A DNA stretch of 64,000 nt, from the NCBI GenBank assembly GCA_002633005.1, contig NMRA01000057.1:1080005-1144004 (forward strand), given 5' to 3'. Every line of letters begins with the position of its first letter. Positions within the stretch are counted from its first letter, which is position 1. Position numbers and translations under genes: made by a program. Under the pieces are notes generated by a model that was not told the DNA's origin, did not search any database, and saw nothing but the letters and a program-made list of their open reading frames with translations. This document shows positions 53,201-64,000 of the stretch, in pieces. Origin of the DNA: Phoronis australis. Taxonomy: Eukaryota > Animalia > Phoronida.

Positions 53201-56200
53201 GATACCTTTTTCGTTGAATCCATTTTGAGCACCGACCCAAAAGTGGATGTTATCTTGGCCTTGACCTGGTCCAGTGACTGTACAACATCGAGGAGGTAGA
53301 GTTGCAGGAACCATGGGTACAGTGGTACTTTCACCATCTCTGGTAGGTTAGGCGGAGTTGGCAGTATAATCATGCCCCTGTTAGCCTGACGCTTGTAAGG
53401 TTCCACTGCCTGAAGGAACAACAGCATCCTCTCAAGGTGGCACTCACTGTGTTGTTCCAGAATTTTGTTGTGGAGCTGGGATGAGGAGTTCCTCTCTCTC
53501 ATTAGTTTCACCACCTTCAGGGCACATGACAACCTAGAATGTAATTCAAAATGAAACCAACATTTTTACTTGAGGGCTATTGAGCCAACTGAATGGCGAT
53601 TTATACACCATATTCAATAACACCTAAGTTTATAAGAAATCAAGTGCTTTGTCAACTAGGAATTTTGACATGGAGTCCGACTACCAGCAGCAGGCCTTAC
53701 TTGTAGGTTAACAGAGCTGGGAAGAGATGTCTGAAGCCAAGGCTCAATTGTTAGTATGTGTGTCGACCAAGCCGGGAACTTCTTGCGGCACCGCTTGCAT
53801 TCTAGGTACTCAGTGCCGATCAGATACCATTCACTGACATCCAGCACTCGTCTGAGTGTTCGGTACATGCCAGCTTGAGTGAGGTGAAGCTGTATAAGAT
53901 ATGGAAGTATACAACAGTGAAGAAATGAATTGGAAGATATGCAGTCAGACGCTATCATGCTAAGCTATCACTTTAAAAAATACCGTCTGCTAAAGTAGTT
54001 TACTACAGCACTTGCCAATGGAGACGAAATGTAAACGAAGCAATTCAAGACTATGGAGCAATGTTGACTGGGCCCATAAGTCTATCAATGTGCTGTGTCC
54101 TGGTAAGACTTCAACTCCACATCTTTATATTGGGATGTGAATGTGACGCAACCAGACCACACTGCTTCCACAATCCCTCTCAATACTTACATCTTCCTTG
54201 TTTTGCTTCTGTCGCGACCTGCACTCTTCATCGCAAAGAAACTTTAATCCCATGGAGCGCTGCAGAGTCCACAGAAAGAGCTTTCGCATGAGAAAGCTTT
54301 CTGCACTTTTGGGAGACTGTGAAGGTTGGGTTCAGGTGGGTGGTACCACATTCTGAGATCCTGTCTGTTCTCTGACTTCTCAGTGCGAGAACTAACTGTG
54401 TACAGCTCCTTACATAACCATTTCTGCTCCGGAAGTGTGAGAACCTCCTGCCAGGTTTTTGGAAGAGCATTCTGTAAAAGTGACAACACGAACATCAAAA
54501 ACTTTCAACTTCAAATTTGTCTCAAGTGAAGAGCTACAGCTGGCATGATTTCGACGAAGCTTAACAGAAAACACATCATCAATAAAAAAACAAAAACTTA
54601 CACTACTAGCATAAAATATATCTATAATAGAAATGCATTATGAATACAAAGAAGCAATGTTGTTTGTCACAATTACATCCGAGTGACTGCAACTCCTGTT
54701 GTTGAGACATTACCTCATCAATGGTGACTTGTGTTGGTGGCAGAGTAAATACTTGAGGCACGTCCACATTTGGAACTGAGGGTGGTAGACTAGGTATTCG
54801 GAACAAAGGGTCAACCAGCGGTGTATCCACTAGGACCTGGTACGGGTGTTTCTGCAAAAGGGGTACAAATGCGGTTGAGGAATACCATATGACATCTGTA
54901 TTGTGAACAGTTGTAAAATATTTTGTTGATTATTAAATAACAAGCATTTAATTAAGCTGGGTTTAAGAAACTGCTTTCAGTCTCAACGAGCACACGTAAA
55001 TGAGCAGTGCACCGGAGAGGAAAACAAGTGAACTCTTATGGAGATTAATTGGTTAATGTCAATAGTACAAAATTGTTCATACTCAAATAGGTATCAATGT
55101 ATCATACAAGGAAGGTCTTTGCTTTTATATTCATGATTGTTCTACTAGCAGAACGTTACAAATTAATCTCACGTTAGCTCTCGACTCACCACACAACAAG
55201 AGAAGTGAATACCAGAGGCTACACACTAACATAGTGTGAACCAAACTGAAAAATAATGGGCTGTAAATATGAACATTATGGTACTAGTAATTAGTTTATG
55301 GTTGCTAATCAAAACTGAAATCCACATTCCCCGTGCATCATGCTTAAAACACGAGACAAAAGTAATCAGGCAAAATATCGGCTAAATTTGTGAACACCAA
55401 AAATTATTATAGCAATTGATTTCTGGCTTAGCCATTTTTACTAACCCTCCAGTTGTCATGACCTGTGAATTCGTGTCACTTTGTTTAACTATTTTAGGCA
55501 TGTATTGTTAGACAAAGATTAACCAAGACATCAAACAAAATACCATTATTTGAAATCAGTTAGTAAGACACATAACCATGCAGTAAGAGGGTATGGACAC
55601 AATACACTGGCTGTACTTAATAAATAACTTGAGCTCATCATTTAAATCACTTGGTGACAACAGTAGCAAAATTCAATATCGCGCTTTGAGTAAGGCCATT
55701 GGAATTAGTATTTAGAAGTACCACCACTGTATAGTGTCCACACTGAGGACATGACATCTTCAGCAAGCAAATCTCATATACCTTTGGGAATCTGCTGCTC
55801 TATTAGCTGGGCAGCCTTGACCAAACAGACATCGTCAAGGTCCTCATCTATCTGTGGTTGGCTACTCGCTTCAGATGCCCTGGTTTTCTCCACCCTTTCT
55901 CTCTCATCTTTTAGATAGCGGTACCGGTTCGCTTGTGTCACCAATGGGAACATGTTGCAGTATCTGCAACAAAGCATTAATTGGTATCTTCTTCAAATGC
56001 TAGAACAATGTGTACATGAAGTAACAGCAATTCTTAAGTTGATCAGAAATAGTAAACATGAACTCAAATCCTATATTGTGTACATTGTATGTACCAAAAT
56101 TATAATAATTAACAAAAGTTCACCTGAGCAGGGCTTCCTTGTTATCAAACTGTGGATCTGGGCACCGTGGGATTTTCCCCTGGGACTTAGAGAGCTGGTG

Positions 56201-56760
56201 AGATGCCATCACCATTGTCGTCTACCCCATGTCGTTTTTCAGTAGCCACATGAAAGTTTTCCCCCTGTACATGCCGAACTGGAGTTCACTCATTGACAGA
56301 ACTGATTCTGCATCAGAAGTGTCTCCCCCGCAGTCTCTGACTCTCTTCTTTGCATCTTCTTCCACCTAGATTGAGCGGAATGGGGATACACATATGAGGC
56401 AACTGGAAATTATATATACCGTACATATACATATACGTATATATATATATATTGACAAACTCAGGTCCTCACAACCGATGTCATCAAGAACACAAATAAT
56501 ATCAGTAATGTTGTGTGTGGCCAGTGGATTTAAGTTACTCAGAAAGTTATAGTGAGATTGATGCCAATAAAGAATCATTACCCTTAGTATAAATTTTAAC
56601 CAGATATTAATATGCGTTTATTAAATTACCCACCTGTTCTTTCATAAGTTGCTGACCAAAGGCTTTGTTCAGTTTTTGCTTTTTGATGTTGGCAGCAACA
56701 AGCTTGGACCTGTCTGTCCTGACAAGCCGCAACTGTCTTTGAACAACACAAAATTGGGCT
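50212..56760 (-). pseudogene. Dada-type DDE transposase pseudogene, multi-exon (56634-~56760, 56124-56365, 55782-55963, 54191-54471, 53701-53889, 53206-53533, 52224-52991, 51778-52055, 51575-51679, ~50760-51489, 50212-50697)
   Basis: Motifs LQFGMYRGKTFMWLLKND, WYHPPEP, EYLECKRC, VLKMDSTKK (D), LYVDRDCC (D), RLDKRH (DxxH), RCARGSTSLESFHLH (E) and NFQAYLLEGIGRWN. Canonical splice sites with mostly matching phases. In-frame stop and frameshifts present. Confidence 0.85.
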
Positions 56761-56975
56761 TTCGTGCCAGCATTTTCTATAAGAACAATGAACTCCAGCT
56801 TCGGTCAATTATTCTTGAGTGCTTACATGTGCCCGTGCCAAGGGCATGAGGTTTGCCGAGTAGAAAAGGCCTTTAGTAATTTGTTTCCCGGCCAAAGAGT
56901 CACATGGTCATGCTTTGGCGATGGCTTTGTAATCACGAACGTTTAGCCCCTAAACCTTTTGATTGCACTCCAACA

Positions 56976-57235
56976 GCCGATTTCATAAAGGTGGTTTAAA
57001 GTTAAACCAGGTTTAAACTGGACTTAGACCAGGTTTAATGATAATCTGCATTTCATAAAGGTGGTTTAACTTTTAGACCAGTGGTCTTGTAAAACCTGGT
57101 TTAACTCCAGTTTAGACCTGGTCTAAGTCAGTTTTCATTTCACCAACGAGGTCTATATTCTTTAGACCTGTATTAAGATCTTAAACCATGTTTAACTTTA
57201 GACTTGGTCAGACCCAGGTTTAACTGTTGAATATG
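56976..57235 (+). mobile_element. Harbinger-like terminal relic with palindromic subrepeats
   Basis: GCCGATTTCATAAAGGTGGTTTAA, with ATTTCATAAAGGTGGTTTAA repeated, and many AAACCAGGTTTAA-type units. Confidence 0.45.
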
Positions 57236-57357
57236 TCAGACTTTCATGGTATAGGTACAACTGAACGATGTCGCGGTGTGCAATTACGACGCAGTTTTAG
57301 AGCGAAAATGGACTATTTTCATTATTTAGGTTTACTACGACACCAGATCAAACGTAA

Positions 57358-57514
57358 CAGGGGCGGATCCAGGATTTTTTAAAGGGGAGGGGACGGTCAA
57401 GGACTTTTTGAAAGGGGGACCAAGTCAACAATTTGAAAATTATAGATTTCATATCATTAAAATCAAGGAAAAAAGGGGGATCCGGACCCCTTGACCCCCC
57501 TGGATCCGCCTATG
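57358..57514. mobile_element. MITE with 5-bp TSD (hAT5-like)
   Basis: CAGGGGCGGATCCAGG / CCTGGATCCGCCTATG, flanked by CGTAA and CGTAG. Confidence 0.8.
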
Positions 57515-57690
57515 CGTAGACCAGTACGTGCTGGAGTGTGTCCTGCGGATTCCTCAGAATACGACTGGTCGAGCAGGGCGTCATCGTCGCAAGCCCTACG
57601 GATTTGACTTAAGACAGCATACTCTGATTCTTCTGACTGAGTTCCACCTACACTGTTCTCCGATTCAATGTTGCCGGGAAGTGGTCTNGT

Positions 57691-57859
57691 GACGGTTCCA
57701 AGATGGTTCTAAATTGGCTCGAAAATGTGTGATTGGCTGCTGACGGTTCCAAGATGGTTCTAAATTGGCTCGAAAATGTGTGATTGGCTGCTGACGGTTC
57801 CAAGATGGTTCTAAATTGGCTCGAAAATGTGTGATTGGCTGCTGATGGTTCTAAGATGG
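57691..57859 (+). repeat. 51-bp tandem repeat, 3 identical copies plus a partial copy
   Basis: Unit GACGGTTCCAAGATGGTTCTAAATTGGCTCGAAAATGTGTGATTGGCTGCT at 57691, 57742, 57793 and 57844 (partial). True copy number is uncertain because of the N at 57688. Confidence 0.95.
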
Positions 57860-57882
57860 CTTTAATTTCTATTAGGCACGCA

Positions 57883-57918
57883 GATGACACGCAAATTCGT
57901 GAAGCGTTCCAAATTTTT
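57883..57918 (+). pseudogene. RNU6: 3' half of a disrupted U6 snRNA gene
   Basis: GATGACACGCAAATTCGTGAAGCGTTCCAAATTTTT is identical to 43406-43441 and is followed by the same genomic flank. The 5' half is absent. Confidence 0.93.
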
Positions 57919-59326
57919 AACCGTTATTGCCATGATGTTATTAGTTTTCTGTTACTTCTACATTTTCAATAAGTTTGTGGGACTGTTACCAAGTTTGCAT
58001 TCATTTTTGACAACACGCATTTAATAGTGTAGCATTGGCCAAATTAATGGATTAGAGGAACAATCGTCGCGTGGCAAAATATTTCATCATTTTTTCTTTT
58101 ACTTCCGACCTTTGACGTTAGGAGAATTGCCGCGACTTCTGTTTTGATATGGCGAGGAATAAAGTTGCTACAAACGAATATACTATGACAAATATTGTTA
58201 TCTGTATTTACTGATCACGTGTAAATACACGTGTTTCGAATACTCTCGTCTTTTGGTATAGGTTTTAGAGGACTTTTTTAAAAAAATGATGTTTAAAGAC
58301 TAAGTATCATTCAGAAAATCTCCCAGACTATTGTTCGCGTCTCGCAGACACATTTCAAGGCTCGCACACAGACCGACCCTGCTCCGGCACATACTCCCTG
58401 CTAGTTAGTAAGAGCTATTTCCGAGATACGCTGGCGCGGTATTCTCTTCTCTCAGGCGACTTTACATGTTAACTAGATATAAAATTTCTGAGCACAAATC
58501 ACCTCTCAAAAGTTTTATTTCCTCCAATATTTGATTATTCGTTTTAACCATAATTATTTAACGACTCAGTGCTTCGAAGCCATCAAATATCATATGTTTG
58601 CAATGTTGATTACAGTAGGCCATAGTCACATGCGTCGACCGTATTCGAAGCTGCGCCTATATAAAAAGTAAGCGAACTATTTCAGTAAAAGGACACTTGG
58701 AATTGATTCTTTGCCGGGACATAGGCGCACTGAAATCCTATTTTGAATACTGACACACGGCCTTTTTGCTCTTGAAATAAACTACATAATCTTGCCAATG
58801 AATAAACATACTTAAATATACACAGTCGGCTTTTTGCAAAGTACAATGTGAGACTTAATTCTAACTCATAAGGTTTTTTAGTTGAATAATTTGGCATTTT
58901 CATTGGTTTATCTGGAAAGTGGACTGCATGGATTATGTCAATGATTCCCACTTTAAAATAAAATATCCCGAGAATCTCTGTATGTAATGCACCCTCTTTA
59001 GGTTTGGTCACACTGTGCTAGTTTTGTTCTTCCTAGTACACTAATACGACTAGAACCAATTTTGAAACAGTTATGAAATGGACTGTTAGCTGTCATTGTC
59101 ACTAGTTTAACAAAACTTCCCAAGTAATTCGTTGCCTAGCAGAACGTCTCATCCCAATAACTCAGGAAATGTGCTGTCAAAGTCCTCTTGTCCAGGACAA
59201 TCAGTGCGCCTAACCCAGGCAAGGCTTGCGTCAGTATAAATGGCATTCATCCACCATCACCTATAAAGGAAACTTACGCGCACTGTGTGTGTGTGAAAAA
59301 CAAATGAGTAGAGATAAATGTATCTT

Positions 59327-59800
59327 TGTGAAAAATTATTAAATTTGAGAAAGGCACATGGACCAGAATACACGCGTATACATGTACAGTACATACTCTT
59401 ATTGCTTTTATACTTATGCCGTGATCCCCTGAACTCGAGTAGTGCGTAAGTAGGCCTATCCATAAATTTTCCATTACTTTGTAATCAACAGTGTATTGTG
59501 AGGAAACCCAACTGTCATTTGATTTCACTAAATTCAAATAGTTTATTGAAAAATAAAACTTTAAAAGAGGACAATTCCAAGCCCTGTTTTTGTGAAAAAA
59601 GTATTAAATCTGAAAAAGGCACATGGACCAGAATACACGCGTATACATGCTCTTATACGTATGTCGTGATCCCCTGAACTCGAGTACTGCGTAAGTATCC
59701 ATATTTTTTCCAATACTTGGTAACCAACAGTGTATTGAGAGAGAAACCCAACTTTCATTTGATTTCACTAAATTCAAATAATTAATTGAAAAATGAAACC
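59327..59800 (+). repeat. Two-copy tandem duplication, period about 264 bp
   Basis: AAAGGCACATGGACCAGAATACACGCGTATACATG and GTGATCCCCTGAACTCGAGTA each occur twice. Confidence 0.9.
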
Positions 59801-59948
59801 TCAACAAGAAAATAGTCCAGCAGCTTGATGGACAAGTATTGGTCTGCTGGTGAGTAAAGAAATATGCCCACGAGACACGAAAAGAGGTCTGAGAGGAAGG
59901 AACATGCATCAGACATGCAGACAGAAGAATATCCTAGGAAAGAGAAAA

Positions 59949-61675
59949 AACAAGAGCAACGCGGAGCGTTGAAATGCGCCCACGAATGCATCACAAATGG
60001 TGTGCTTTTGGGGTTATTTATTTGTATCATAAAAAGGCCACTAGATGGCGCAAAAACGTACAAGCCATCAGAAACGGAAACATGCCATATTTCATAAAAA
60101 TTGTCAAAGAACTTTAGAGAAACAAAGGAAAACAGAACAAAATGAAACTGCCTCTTGTAGGCACAGCGTCCGTTCCATCTGCCTGAAAGTCGTCGTCTAT
60201 TGTTATCTTCATATAAATTCACTTACTAAATTTAATAAAGATCCTGCAGTGGGTTTTGGAGATACTATTATGGGCGCAAAACAAAACAAAACTACCTCTA
60301 GGAGGCGCCACAGTAGTCAGTCGCCATCAGCAAACGTCTTCTTCACACTGAAAACATATATGCCAATTTTCAAAACCATACCTAGAATTATTTGGTTGAT
60401 CGAGGGGTGGACGCCAAAAACAAGATTTGAAAACAGCAAAAAATGGCCACCACATGGCGCAAAATACCTCGATTCACTCAAACACAGGATGATAGCGTCA
60501 TCTCACCAATAGATGCCTATATTCAAAATTTTATGAAAATCTGTTGAGGACCTTTGAAGATACAGACTGGTAAACGTAAAAAACTAAAATTGCCACTAGG
60601 GGGCACACCACTAGTCAGATCCGTCCGAAAGTCGTGTCATCCATTGTCAACATGATATACATACACTTGCTAAATTAAGTAAAGATCCTGCAAACGGTTT
60701 AATAGATACAGCCATGAGCGCAAAAAAAACTGCCACTAGGAGGCGCCAAAGTAGTCGAACTCGTCGGAAAATAGAAAAATCGTCGTCAGCCGTCCACTTC
60801 ATAGCAAAATCATACATGCAAATTTTCACAATTATCCTGAAAGCGGTTTGGTTGATAGACGGGTGGACGCCAAAAAATAGACTCGAAAAAGTTAAAATGG
60901 CCCCTAGGTGGCGCAAACTAGGTCGAATCCATCTGAAAACGGAGAAATAGCGTCGTCTCATTAACAGATGCCTCTATGTCATATTCTGTGAAATTACGTT
61001 GAGGACCTTTGAACATACAGAGGTAAACGTAAAAAACTAAAATTGTCACTAGGTGGCACACCAGTAGTCAGATCCGTCTGAAAGTCGTCGTCCTCCCTTG
61101 TTAACATCATATAAATACACTTACTAAATCCTGCGAACGGTTTAGGGGATACAGCCATAGGCGCAAAAAAACAATACTGCCACTAGGGGGCGCCACAGTA
61201 GTCTAAGTCGTCCGAAAATAATCGTCAGCCGTCCACTTCATAGTAACAGCATACATGCCAATTTTCACAATCATCATTTGAGCGGTTTGGTTGATAGAGG
61301 GGTGTGGACGCAAAAAAACAGACTCGAAACTAGGTGGCGCAAACTACGTCAAATCCATCCGAAAATGGAGGAACAGCCTCATCTCACTAATAGGCGCCTA
61401 TATACCAAATTTTAGGATAATCCGTTCAGTACTTTTGAAGATACAGAGGTAAACGTAAAAAAACTAAAATTGAGGGGACACAGGTAGTCGGATCCGTCCG
61501 AAAGTTCGAGCATGCCGTCCCATCCACGGAAGGAACACATGTGCAAAGTTTCATGAACATACATGTACGTCAAGGCGTTTTGGAGATAGAGCAGCGGACA
61601 CCGGGCGTCGGACGGACGGACGGACGGAGATGACGGCATAATGCTTCCACATATAAATATGTGGGCTCATAAAAA
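59949..61675 (-). mobile_element. HINE/DINE-1-like (Helentron-associated) non-autonomous element with internal tandem repeats of about 430-455 bp
   Basis: Subterminal IR ATGCGCCCAC (59974) / GTGGGCTCAT (61661), terminal hairpins CAACGC-GGA-GCGTTG and CCACATAT-AA-ATATGTGG, a (GGAC)n microsatellite, A-tract ends, and about 3.3 internal repeat units. Confidence 0.75.
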
Positions 61676-62339
61676 TGTGCTGGTCAAGCCCCGAACACAC
61701 AAGGCAGTGTAGTCTAGGTGCCTTGCCACACTAACACTTATAATGTTATTGATACCTGGCCCGAGTCATTACACATAGTTACCATAGCAGATAACCAAGA
61801 ACCGGGGCTTGGAATTACCAATGACAAAAAGAGGAAAGTGTGATGTATCGTTCCACAAATAAATAGGTTTGTACAATAGAAATACTTTTGGGTTGTAAAA
61901 TTTAAGTGAAGTAAAAATTTTTTGCACGAATAAAGTCAAAATAACGGTACAAAAAGAGACGAAGGAACAGGAAACTGGAAACATATTGATAAGAATTAAT
62001 AAAAACCAAAAAGAGGAAATCCTTTTAAAAAGGACAATTCCAAGCCCTGAGAACAGATACAAACAGAAATAGCGACACTTAGCATGAAAAACTTACACTG
62101 AACATCAGATAATGGCCATACGAGAAGGAAGGTGACAATCACACCCACCGGGATACTCACTTTGCCTAGAGCAAAACCAACAAGGAATCACTTGTTCATT
62201 CCTTCTAACTAATTTCAGGACATTAATAACATTTACCACTGCGAAAGTCTATTATTCTACAAAAGACACAGAAGAGTTCCTTAATAACACAATAACGCAA
62301 TCTAACACCGCATACCACAGATTACTTTTTCGGCTTCAG

Positions 62340-64000
62340 CGGAGAAATCTTTTTTCTCTCCAGCAGCCACTCAGCTGGCTTTTTACCTCCAACAAAAGGT
62401 GTCCAACCCATTCACTCACGAATGACGGCTATGGCCAAACTCTTTCGTCCTCAGCTGGTGGCAGTTATTGTACGAGTTCTGATGTTTGTATTTTGTCAGG
62501 ATGATCGCGTGACTTTCTTTCTCTCATTTTTGCCTGTAATTGGTACCAGACTTTGGTATTCTGGTGCAAGCAGATAATTGTTTTGAGATCTGCTGGCTAA
62601 GTGAAAGTGGTAGCTACAGTGCCGTTGCTGGTACCTAAGTCATGCACCAGAGTAACAGGATACACAAGGCCTGGCTTTGGTAGTAGCTGCTTGGGACCCG
62701 GTGTTGATGACTTGGCTGTCATATGACGCTTTGGAAGCAAACTCTGCTCCAACACTCGAATTTTGAAAACTCTGTTATTCCACCAGAACATGACAGTTTT
62801 CCGATTCACTTTATAGAGCTGCAGATTTGCTATCTCTACGATTCGGTCATTTCGAGTAACCAGGCCTCAAATTCTGAGATAGGAGTCCAGAGACTGTCGC
62901 CATCTACATGTAGATGCCACAGACTTGCACCACGGGAAAGCACATTCATCTTTTCAAACAATGCCTCAAGAAGCGCTCTGGTATCAACCTGTGTTGCCGG
63001 ATCACCACAAGAACTGTTCTTTCCCTAAGCTTATAACACCTTGCATCACAGTCTGTAGTCAGAAACACGTGAAAGTGTGGACTGCTTCAGGGTTACTGAT
63101 AATTTTTGCCAGGAAACAATAATGGGATTGCTGGACATTGCCTCATTGACGGCATACTAGCCCTTAACCTTTACAAGCTCACCAAAAATTCTCTGAATTT
63201 CATTCCAACCTAGAATTCCACAAGGATCAACTATTTTCTGAAGGAATAATGCACACGCACCACTGGAGCAAGAACACAGGGCCTGTAGTAGGCGATTGAC
63301 TTACATGTAAGTGTCCTGGTGCAGAGAGTCGCTGTCTGCTGGCTCAAAGAGGGAGGGGACACCACAGTTGTTGATGGTAGCCCAAAGTCATGCACTGCAA
63401 GAACAGGAAAAACAAGACCTGGAAGCAGCTTCTTTGGGGCTGGTATTGACAAGTTGGCAGACATTTCAGAATTTGGTGGCAAACCCTGCTCCAGCAATCA
63501 CTTCTCCAAACCCTCCGCCAGTATATGACGTTTTTTGATTGATCCCATACAGCTGCATGTTGGTCAGGTCCATGATCTTTCCTGTTGTGTGACAAGACCT
63601 CGAATCCTGTGTTATCACTCCAGCATTTGTCTCCATCTGGATGCTCCGGTATACTAGATAGGAAGGCACGTTCCAACCTTTCGAACAATAATGCTTCAAT
63701 AAGAGGGTTGGCATCCACGTGCGTTGCTGGTGCAATACAAGACCTAATTGTAGCTTTCCTCTAGCTCACCATACGTTCTGTCGCTATCTGGCTTCGTTAG
63801 GATGCAAAGCGTTCTCTGTGGCTCTGGCTCAAAAGTCTTCTAAAAAAATAATGCACTGTTGAGACACTGCAGTTTCATGGAAAACACGTAGGTCAATAGA
63901 ACACATTCAAGACTATTATTTATATCTGCTTAGACTGTACCTGTGAAGATCTGTTCAATAAACCCCTTGCCTTTCCTGGCTATCCATTTCAACCTGGTCA
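62340..64000 (-). pseudogene. Second, more decayed Dada-type transposase copy (3' part; continues beyond window)
   Basis: 62750-63830 is collinear with about 50221-51300, and 63950-64000 with the 51575-51679 exon. It additionally retains the C-terminal motif CHQLRTKEFGHSR...FC...EWLLE at about 62350-62490. Confidence 0.85.

Larger units (their letters stand above)
50212..57880 (-). mobile_element. Dada-U6-like DNA transposon, left end truncated, antisense to the disrupted U6
   Basis: The transposase gene is followed about 1.1 kb further right by a U6 copy that begins right at the GCGCAA loop site. An N at 57688 lies between them. Confidence 0.7.

Noticed and set aside
57691-57859. CRISPR-like array or 17-aa repeat ORF
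   Set aside because: Units are contiguous with no spacers and the context is eukaryotic. The ORF is a by-product of the 51-bp period.
61680-61740. tRNA-like head on the minus strand near the second Dada copy
   Set aside because: A and B boxes too degenerate and no cloverleaf.

Overview
AT-rich eukaryotic genomic DNA, probably from an invertebrate animal, rich in repeats and containing assembly gaps. Most short ORFs in the track are spurious. Supported content: (1) a spliced minus-strand MFS transporter gene (MFSD4-like) with a degenerate HERO-type LINE upstream of its first recovered exon; (2) an intact U6 snRNA gene with PSE and TATA, a rewritten but structure-preserving 5' stem-loop, and an extra G next to the GCGCAA loop; (3) a duplicate U6 locus reduced to its 3' half, lying next to an intron-rich DDE transposase pseudogene of the small-RNA-gene-targeting Dada type, with a second decayed copy at the window end, and both copies carrying a duplicated C-terminal exon; (4) two tandem histone-type 3' stem-loops with no visible histone CDS, beside an 806-N gap; (5) a candidate small five-exon plus-strand gene with a 16-nt microexon and an LEDGEI motif; (6) many non-autonomous elements (5-bp-TSD MITEs, Kolobok-like, PIF-like, TAG-terminated foldbacks, a HINE-like element) and tandem repeats. 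Family assignments come from recognising motifs by eye; no database searches were run.
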